Below, one piece after another: positions 57,812 through 64,000 of a DNA stretch of 64,000 nucleotides. The stretch is from an uncultured Spirochaetota bacterium (lineage in GTDB: Bacteria > Spirochaetota > Spirochaetia > SZUA-6 > Fen-1364): assembly GCA_963820525.1 (NCBI GenBank), contig CAWGAA010000001.1, positions 96,001 through 160,000 of the forward strand, written 5' to 3'. A program made the position numbers and the translations under genes. The number at the start of each line of letters is the position of its first letter. Position 1 is the first letter of the stretch. The notes beneath the pieces were generated by a model. That model made no database searches, was not told the DNA's origin, and was given only the letters and a program-made list of their open reading frames with translations.

Positions 57812-57940
57812 GGGCCCGTTTATATCACGGCGCAGTCAGCCTTGGCAAAGGGTCCGACGGACCACCGAGAGCGCCGCCGTTCGCCTTCTTTCACGCGCAT
57901 CTCAGGATGTGTGTTCGGCGGGAATGTTTCGCGCAATCGC

Positions 57941-57970
57941 TTGACTTCCTGTGCTGCAGGAAGGTACTTT
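57941..57970 (+). promoter_or_regulatory. Promoter with dyad in spacer
   Basis: TTGACT-18-TACTTT; CTTCCTG-N5-CAGGAAG at 57945-57963. Confidence 0.5.
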
Positions 57971-58010
57971 TGCCAGTGTATAGGTCGAAATCAAAGATGG
58001 GGAGGTATCA

Positions 58011-58568
58011 ATGACGAAGAAAATCATTGCAGCAGTCCTCGTTCTCATGGTGTTCGCCGCCCTCGGAGCGTTCGCATTCGAACAGAAGAGCAAGACATTT
58101 CCCTGGATGGCGTCGTTCAATAAGAACAGCCAGATAAACCTGAGCGCGGCAGTCGGGTTCTACGGATACGGAATCGACATCACCGCCGGACCGGAGTATA
58201 TCATCACCAACTTCGACATCTCCGGGATTCCCCTGGAGTTCGGGGTCGCGGTTCGGGGAATGGCGGGATTCGCAAGCTTCCTCGGAGTCAGCTGGGTAGA
58301 CTGGGGAGTCGCGCCCCTGGCCACGCTTCACTGGGGCGTGGATTTCGGCGCGCCCTGGAAATTCGACTGGTACATCGGGCTCGGTCTCGGGATCGCGGGC
58401 GCGAGCGGGGGCTACGCGGGGTATTCCTTCGGAACAGGGATCGGATTCGGGTTTGCCTCCTTCGACGGGGTGGCGTGGCACTTCTCGGACAACCTCGCCA
58501 TCATATCGGAGTACGGATTTACCGGATTCAACTCCGTATGGGGAATCGGAGTGCAGCTGAGCCTCTAG
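58011..58568 (+). CDS. Small (about 8-stranded) outer-membrane beta-barrel protein
   Basis: Signal peptide; Gly/aromatic amphipathic strands (FDWYIGLGLG, WGIGVQLSL); RBS GGAGGT. Confidence 0.72.
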   Translation: MTKKIIAAVLVLMVFAALGAFAFEQKSKTFPWMASFNKNSQINLSAAVGFYGYGIDITAGPEYIITNFDISGIPLEFGVAVRGMAGFASFLGVSWVDWGVAPLATLHWGVDFGAPWKFDWYIGLGLGIAGASGGYAGYSFGTGIGFGFASFDGVAWHFSDNLAIISEYGFTGFNSVWGIGVQLSL

Positions 58569-58587
58569 CATCGTCTTTTGCCATGAG

Positions 58588-58615
58588 AGCCCCGGCGCAA
58601 CCGGGGCTTTTTTTT
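58588..58615 (+). terminator. Intrinsic terminator
   Basis: AGCCCCGG-CGCAA-CCGGGGCT followed by a T run. Confidence 0.9.
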
Positions 58616-58674
58616 CGGGCGATCGCGGCGCTTGGTTGATCCGCCGGAGCAAAGTCTGTATCCTTGAAGACCGT

Positions 58675-58830
58675 ATGAGTCCATTGTTTTTCAAGATTGT
58701 GATCGTCGGGGTTCCCTTTGGTTTTTCCCTCATGTGGTTTGTCTACTGGGTAGTGAAGATCTACAAGGAAAAGAGGCGGCTGGAGGCGAGAAAAGCGGGG
58801 AAGAAGGCCCGCACCGCCTCGCGCCGATAG
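58675..58830 (+). CDS. Small single-TM protein with basic tail
   Basis: 51 aa; TTGATC-17-TATCCT promoter just upstream. Confidence 0.5.
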   Translation: MSPLFFKIVIVGVPFGFSLMWFVYWVVKIYKEKRRLEARKAGKKARTASRR

Positions 58831-58847
58831 TTTCGCCAGCTCGACCC

Positions 58848-60347
58848 ATGAATGGAACAGGGCTCTCCCTGGAGAACGTCTCTTTCCGCTATCCCTCGTA
58901 TGGAGAAAAGCAGGAGCAGTCCCTGCTCGAAGGTCTTCACTTTTCGCTGTCCCTGGGAGAGTGGGGCGCAGTTTTCGCGGGAGCCGACGCGGGAAAGTCG
59001 ACCCTGGCACGGATCATTGCCGGTCTCGTCCCCCGGTTCACGGGGGGGAGGCTATCGGGTTCCCTGGGCTTTCGGGGGATCGATCTCGCCGTATCCAAGC
59101 CCTACGAGCTCACCGAGCTTGTCGGCCTGGTGTTCCAGGACTCGGATGAGCAGCTGCTCACCACGCGGTGCGACACCGAGGTGGCATTCGCCCTGGAGTC
59201 CGAGGGAGTCCCTCGGGCGGAGATGACGGTCAGGGTCGAGGCCGCGATCGCCTTGATGGGGCTTTCGGATTTCAGCTCCCGAAACCCGGCAACGCTTTCG
59301 GGCGGAGAGAAGAAGCGCCTCCTCCTCGCCTGCCTCGCCGCAATCGATCCCGAGCTCTGGATCCTCGATGAAGCCTTTGAAGAGCTCGATCAATCGTGGA
59401 AAACGCGGATCGTCGATCACCTGCGGGGCAGGGGGAAAACAGTCCTCTTTCTCGATTCCCGCTGGTCTTCCCAGTACGCGGCGAACTGCTCGAGATTTGC
59501 CCTGCTCGAGGGTGGAAAGATCTCTCCCTTCGGCCCCGCCGAGCTGGCGCCGCTTGCCGCAGCTCTGGAGGAATCGGGTCTCGTGATTCCACGGGGGCTC
59601 GCCTCCCGGGAGTGCGCGCCTGTTGGGGAAAAAAAGGACGGCGGATTCTCACTGGTGATCGACAGGCTGGCGTTTCACTTTCCCGCTGAAGGGGCTTTCT
59701 CCATTCGCGTGGAGGGCCTCACCCTCCGCAAGGGGACCGTCTACGCTCTGGTCGGCAAAAACGGTTCGGGAAAGTCCACCATGGGGAAAATCCTCTGCGG
59801 ACTCCTGGCTCCCGACTCGGGTTCCATCGAGCTTGAGGAGGAGGGCAGAGCACGGCGGCGCGCGGTGCCTGAAGAGCTCAAGCGGCGCGTCGGCTACATG
59901 TTCCAGAATCCCGACTACCAGATCTTCCTCCCGACGGTCCGGGAGGAGCTCGCCCTTGGCCTTCGCGCCGCAGGCTTGCCGCGCGATGAGCTTGGGAAAA
60001 AAATCGAGCAAACCATCAGGCTCTTCCGGCTCCCTGCGGGAGATGCCCCACCGACCCTGATGAGCTACGGGGCGCGAAAGCGCCTCCAGGCCGCCACGTA
60101 CCACCTGCTGGGAAGGGATATCCTCATTCTCGACGAGATAGATTCCGGGCTTTCCTATGGGGAGTTTCTTCCCCTCCTGGAGGCTTTGCGCTCCAGCGGC
60201 GCCGGCATCGTAGTCGTCACCCACGACATGGATCTGGCGCGCGCGGTCTGCCAGCGCATCATCTTCCTTGAGGGGGGACGGGTCATTCGCGAGATCCCCG
60301 CGACGGACCTCGATGCCTCCGAGGCGCCGCAGGGGGCGGGGAGGTAG
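58848..60347 (+). CDS. ECF transporter fused double ATPase (A-A')
   Basis: ADAGKST, VGLVFQD, LSGGEKKR, LDEAF; GKNGSGKST, MFQNPDYQIF, LDEID, VTHD. Confidence 0.9.
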   Translation: MNGTGLSLENVSFRYPSYGEKQEQSLLEGLHFSLSLGEWGAVFAGADAGKSTLARIIAGLVPRFTGGRLSGSLGFRGIDLAVSKPYELTELVGLVFQDSDEQLLTTRCDTEVAFALESEGVPRAEMTVRVEAAIALMGLSDFSSRNPATLSGGEKKRLLLACLAAIDPELWILDEAFEELDQSWKTRIVDHLRGRGKTVLFLDSRWSSQYAANCSRFALLEGGKISPFGPAELAPLAAALEESGLVIPRGLASRECAPVGEKKDGGFSLVIDRLAFHFPAEGAFSIRVEGLTLRKGTVYALVGKNGSGKSTMGKILCGLLAPDSGSIELEEEGRARRRAVPEELKRRVGYMFQNPDYQIFLPTVREELALGLRAAGLPRDELGKKIEQTIRLFRLPAGDAPPTLMSYGARKRLQAATYHLLGRDILILDEIDSGLSYGEFLPLLEALRSSGAGIVVVTHDMDLARAVCQRIIFLEGGRVIREIPATDLDASEAPQGAGR

Positions 60348-60357
60348 GGCGGTGGCC

Positions 60358-61113
60358 ATGGACTTCTTTTCGCCCGGCTCGTCTCTCCTTCATCGCTTCG
60401 ATCCCCGCGCCAAGCTTCTCCTGCTGGTCGCCGTGACGGCCTGTTTCTTTCTTCCCCTGCCCCTGGAGGTGCTCGCCGCGTATGTCGGAGCCCTGGCGGC
60501 CCTGGTCGGGTTTTCTCTCGGCGCGCGGCAGCTCGGGAAGTCCCTCCTCACCATCGCGCCGCTCCTCCTCGTCATCTGCCTCTTCACTCCCCTATTCCGG
60601 GCGGGCGGCAGGGTCATCTGGGCCCCTTTCGGGCTCGCATACCTCACGTTGGAAGGCGCATCGGCGACGGCACGCCTGCTTGCGCGCTTCGCCGGCATCA
60701 CTCTGGGATTCTTCGCGGCTTTCAGAACGATAGAGCTGAACGAGCTGATCCTGACGCTCCGCTGGTACGGGCTTCCCTATCGCTCCACCCTCATCCTCAC
60801 CATCGCATTGCGATTCATACCGTCGCTGGCCGAAATGTACGCGAACGTCCGCGATGCCCATACGCTTCGGCGCGGAGTCGAGAGCGGGAAAAGGCCATTC
60901 GAGAGGCTCATCCCCGTGCTCACCTCGATGATCATCCAGGCGGTGCGCGGGATACCGACGCTCGCCATGGTCCTGGAGCTGCGCGGCTTCGGGCGCGCCA
61001 ACCGCCGCACCGAATACAGGACCCTCGGCAGCGCACAACGGCTTGCCCGCCATCTTGCTGTCGGCGCCCTGCTCGCCGCGGTCCTGTTCGCTCCCCTGGC
61101 TCTGCCGCGCTGA
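60358..61113 (+). CDS. ECF transporter T component
   Basis: SLLHRFDPRAKL, IALRFIP, TLRRG, ELRGF. Confidence 0.9.
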   Translation: MDFFSPGSSLLHRFDPRAKLLLLVAVTACFFLPLPLEVLAAYVGALAALVGFSLGARQLGKSLLTIAPLLLVICLFTPLFRAGGRVIWAPFGLAYLTLEGASATARLLARFAGITLGFFAAFRTIELNELILTLRWYGLPYRSTLILTIALRFIPSLAEMYANVRDAHTLRRGVESGKRPFERLIPVLTSMIIQAVRGIPTLAMVLELRGFGRANRRTEYRTLGSAQRLARHLAVGALLAAVLFAPLALPR

Positions 61114-61167
61114 CTTCACTCTCTGGCTCGTCTCATATATACTTTCAAGGAAAGCAGGAGGCGTCCA

Positions 61168-61707
61168 ATGAACGATCGATCCGTCCCCGTCCCTTCGAGC
61201 CTTCGCATCGCGGCAGTCGCGGTCCTCACCGCGGTCACGTTCGTGATCGGCTATTTCGTGAGGCTTCCCCTTCCCGCCACGCAGGGCATCTTCACGCTTG
61301 CGGACCTTGCCATCTTTTTCGCCGCCTTCGCCTTCGGTCCCTACTCGGCCGCCATTGCGGGAGGAGCCGGGACGGCTTTGATCGATATAATCGGCGGCAC
61401 TGCCCAGTACGCGCCGATCTCGCTTCTCGTGCACGGCCTCGAGGGCCTTGTGGCGGGGGCGATCGCGGCCGCGGGAAAGAAGGGCCCGCGCGAGATCGTG
61501 CTGTGGATCGTCGCAGGAACGGCCGGCATCGTCCTCGTGGCGGGCGGCTACTTCCTTGCCGAGGTTGTTTTCTTCGGCGGCCCGGCGACGGCCGTCACCG
61601 AGGTGCTTCCCAACATCGCTCAGGCCGCGATCGGCGCGGTGGGGGGCGCGCTCCTCACCGCCGCGGTGCGCCGCGCGTATCCTCCGGTCCAGGGATTGCG
61701 GTGGTAG
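61168..61707 (+). CDS. ECF transporter S component (HmpT/PdxU-like)
   Basis: PATQGIFTLAD..FGP, GTALID..YAPISLLVHGLEG, PNIAQ; own TATACT and AGGAGG. Confidence 0.82.
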   Translation: MNDRSVPVPSSLRIAAVAVLTAVTFVIGYFVRLPLPATQGIFTLADLAIFFAAFAFGPYSAAIAGGAGTALIDIIGGTAQYAPISLLVHGLEGLVAGAIAAAGKKGPREIVLWIVAGTAGIVLVAGGYFLAEVVFFGGPATAVTEVLPNIAQAAIGAVGGALLTAAVRRAYPPVQGLRW

Positions 61708-62405
61708 TGGAAGAGCAGCGCCTCGAGCTTCGACGAAGGCTCGATGAGGTCCGCCAGCGCATCGCGCTGTCCGCGGCAAGGTCCGGCAGGAAGGCGGATG
61801 CCGTCCGGCTCATGGCTGTCACCAAGACCGTGCCGCGAGAGGCCGTTGAGAACGCCGTCGAGGCGGGGGTGGATCTCTTCGGTGAGAACAGGGTTCAGGA
61901 AGCCGGCCGGAAGTACGAGGGACTCGCGGGAAAGCTGGAGCTGCACCTGATCGGGCATCTGCAACGGAACAAAGCGGGCCTTGCCGCCGGGATATTCAGC
62001 TGCGTTCAATCCATAGACAAGCTCGAGACGGCGCAAGCCCTGAGCGGGCACTGCTCCTCCCGGGGAAAAGCCATGGACCTCCTGCTGGAAGTCAACACGA
62101 GCGGCGAGGAGTCGAAATCGGGTTTCCGCACGCGGGAGGAGCTCCTGCGGTGTCTGGATCCAATCTTCGAGCTTCCTTCCCTCAGGGTGAGGGGGCTGAT
62201 GACGGTCGGGCCGCTGGTCCAGGATCGCGAAGCCGTCCGGCGTGCCTTTTCAACACTTTTTTCCATTTTTGCCGAGCTTGCCGCTCGCGGGCTTCCCGAT
62301 TTCGAAATCCTCTCCATGGGGATGTCTTCGGACTACGAGATTGCGATCGAGGAAGGGTCCACGATGGTTCGCCTGGGCACGGCCCTTTTCGGGCCGAGGG
62401 CGTGA
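61707..62405 (+). CDS. yggS: PLP homeostasis protein YggS
   Basis: LMAVTKT, FGENRVQE, HLIGHLQRNK, EVNTSGEESKSG, LSMGMSSD, GSTMVRLGTALFG. Confidence 0.95.
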   Translation: MEEQRLELRRRLDEVRQRIALSAARSGRKADAVRLMAVTKTVPREAVENAVEAGVDLFGENRVQEAGRKYEGLAGKLELHLIGHLQRNKAGLAAGIFSCVQSIDKLETAQALSGHCSSRGKAMDLLLEVNTSGEESKSGFRTREELLRCLDPIFELPSLRVRGLMTVGPLVQDREAVRRAFSTLFSIFAELAARGLPDFEILSMGMSSDYEIAIEEGSTMVRLGTALFGPRA

Positions 62406-62407
62406 TA

Positions 62408-62995
62408 ATGCGCCGCTCCATTCGTTTCGTTGTCGCCGCGGCCGTCCTCTTCTTGCTTGTCTGCCTTGGAGCTGCGGGGCAATCAGTCTCGGACACCGAT
62501 CCGTCGGGAGACGGCTCTTTGAACATCGGGCTGTCTCTTTACGGACTGCCCCCATCCCTGGATCCTTTTTATCAGCTTCTCGATACCCAGCCGCCCGCGG
62601 ATCAGCCCCCCGCGGATCAAGCGCCGGGCGGGCAAACCCCGCCCGCCGGCCAGCCGCCGGGACAGACCCCCCCGCCGGGAGACAAGACACCGGAGCCGTA
62701 TACGAAGGACGAGTTCGCGCCATGGCTTCAAGACCTCTGGAGGGCGGAGGTCATCTTCGTCGGGTCCCTTCCCTTCACGCTGTTCTTCTCCCTCGAAGGC
62801 TACGACTTCTACCGCTACGCCTCCTCCGGCTTTTCTCCGGCCCAGGCGCCCTGGCCTCTCCGTCCCGGCGCGCAGATCCAATACAGCGGGCAGGAGCAGT
62901 TCTGGCTCCTCATTTCCACGGTAACTCTTTCGGCTCTCGTGTCCGCGACAGACTACCTCATCGGAGCCCTGTCGAAGCCTCATGAAAACCGCTGA
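62408..62995 (+). CDS. Hypothetical membrane protein with Pro/Gln repeat linker
   Basis: Signal/TM, QPPADQPPADQ linker, PEPYTKDEFAPWLQDLWRAEVIFVGSLPF, two TMs. Confidence 0.7.
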   Translation: MRRSIRFVVAAAVLFLLVCLGAAGQSVSDTDPSGDGSLNIGLSLYGLPPSLDPFYQLLDTQPPADQPPADQAPGGQTPPAGQPPGQTPPPGDKTPEPYTKDEFAPWLQDLWRAEVIFVGSLPFTLFFSLEGYDFYRYASSGFSPAQAPWPLRPGAQIQYSGQEQFWLLISTVTLSALVSATDYLIGALSKPHENR

Positions 62996-63944
62996 CGCCC
63001 GGGTGGAAGATCCCGCGCATTGGGGAGCGCGGCTCGACGTCTTCATCTCGGAAGGCATGGGGCTCTTCTCCCGCAGCCAGGCGAAGGCCCGGGTCTTGGC
63101 AGCGCGCGTAAACGGAAAGAACGCCCGGCTCGCCAGGAGGGTGAAGCCCGGGGACCTGGTTTCCGTCGATTACACGGATGCCCCGCCGCTGGAGGCGGCG
63201 CCCCAGGATATCCCGCTGGACATCCTCTTCGAGAACGAGGATGCCATCGTCATCAACAAGCCGCAGGGCATGGTGGTGCACCCGGGAAGCGGCAACCGGG
63301 AGGGCACCCTCGTGAATGCGCTGCTCTTCCACTGCGCGGGGTTGGCCGGCGCCTTCGGCGGAGAGGACTCGAGGCCGGGAATCGTGCACAGGCTCGACAA
63401 GGACACCTCCGGGGTCATCATCGCGGCGAAGAACCCCCGCGCACACGAGTTTCTCGCCTCGCAGTTCAAGGCGCGCCGGGTGCGCAAGAGCTACCTCGCG
63501 GTGGTCATGGGCCTGCCGAAGGAGAGTCACGGCAGGGTGGAGACGGGAATCCTTCGCGATCCTTCCCACAGGAAGAGATTCATCTGCGTCTCCGGCCGGG
63601 GCAGAGCGGCCGTGACATACTACAAGGTGCTGCGCTCCTATCGGATGCCTGCCGGCGCGGGGCTCCCACGCTCTCCCGCCGTCTACGGCTTTCTCTCCCT
63701 GGCGCCGCGCACGGGGCGGACACATCAGCTGCGTGTCCATATGCGCCATCTGTCGACTCCCATCCTCGGCGATCCGCTCTACGGAAAGTCGGATGCCCGC
63801 TTTCCCGACGCCTCTCTCATGCTCCACGCCCACCGCCTTTCCATTCTCCTGCCGGGCGAGGAAATACCGAGGATTTTCGCCGCCCCCCTTCCTGAGCGGC
63901 TGCGGTCGACGCTCCGCCGGCTTCACAGCCTTTCGCCCAGGTAA
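62982..63944 (+). CDS. rluD: RluA/RluD family pseudouridine synthase
   Basis: S4 domain RLDVF, NKPQGMVVHP, GIVHRLDKDTSG, TGRTHQLRVH, PILGDPLYG, LHAHRL. Confidence 0.92.
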   Translation: MKTADARVEDPAHWGARLDVFISEGMGLFSRSQAKARVLAARVNGKNARLARRVKPGDLVSVDYTDAPPLEAAPQDIPLDILFENEDAIVINKPQGMVVHPGSGNREGTLVNALLFHCAGLAGAFGGEDSRPGIVHRLDKDTSGVIIAAKNPRAHEFLASQFKARRVRKSYLAVVMGLPKESHGRVETGILRDPSHRKRFICVSGRGRAAVTYYKVLRSYRMPAGAGLPRSPAVYGFLSLAPRTGRTHQLRVHMRHLSTPILGDPLYGKSDARFPDASLMLHAHRLSILLPGEEIPRIFAAPLPERLRSTLRRLHSLSPR

Positions 63945-64000
63945 GGGTTGAAGGCCCTCTCTATCCCGATCTTCGATGGGGGTCCGTGTCCCGGAAAAAC
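63923..64000 (-). CDS. 3' end of an MBL-fold metallo-hydrolase (partial, not in ORF track)
   Basis: Reverse strand reads VFPGHGPPSKIGIERAFNPYLGERL*, a typical glyoxalase II/YcbL C-terminus. Confidence 0.75.
   Translation of the reverse strand, partial: VFPGHGPPSKIGIERAFNPYLGERL

Noticed and set aside
54205..61167. FMN or other riboswitch ahead of the flavin and ECF genes
   Set aside because: Intergenic regions are short and lack recognisable conserved aptamer sequences
62589..62680. Short repeats (CCCGCGGATCA x2 and similar)
   Set aside because: They encode a Pro/Gln low-complexity protein linker, not an independent DNA element
1393..63926. Many long overlapping or antisense ORFs (e.g. 1393..2724, 3592..5016, 4434..5999, 12409..13812, 13341..14882, 29456..30955, 56753..58123)
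   Set aside because: Shadow frames expected in high-GC coding DNA; Arg/Pro/Gly-rich with no recognisable motifs

Overview
GC-rich chromosomal segment of a spirochaete (class Spirochaetia, Treponema/Spirochaeta-like). This is inferred from flaA, the cheA-cheW/cheR-cheX-cheY operon, a spiro-SPASM protein and UPF0164/TP0854-like genes. It is mostly core genome: mrdA-rodA-radical SAM, mazG, ychF-like, xseAB, rlmI, amidase, ECF transporter, yggS and rluD. A small low-GC islet follows tRNA-Val(GAC). Highlights: (i) a Rex repressor fused in frame to a complete NuoE-type [2Fe-2S] domain; (ii) a Listeria-EET-like flavinylation module (NusG-II, Gx/EetB-like S unit, EcfT-like, double FMN-binding periplasmic protein, ApbE) next to a small beta-barrel; (iii) a spiro-SPASM/SpsF/PseG-methyltransferase/ATP-grasp glycan cluster upstream of flaA; (iv) an uncalled 31-aa very basic ORF resembling small ribosomal proteins; (v) a REC-PilZ gene divergent from cheA; (vi) a modF-like gene with an internal deletion; (vii) several apparently leaderless genes. 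Two single-base frameshifts (mrdA, cheW-cheR) are probably sequencing errors. No CRISPR array, IS element, integrase or rRNA was seen. All family calls come from motif recognition by eye, not from database searches.
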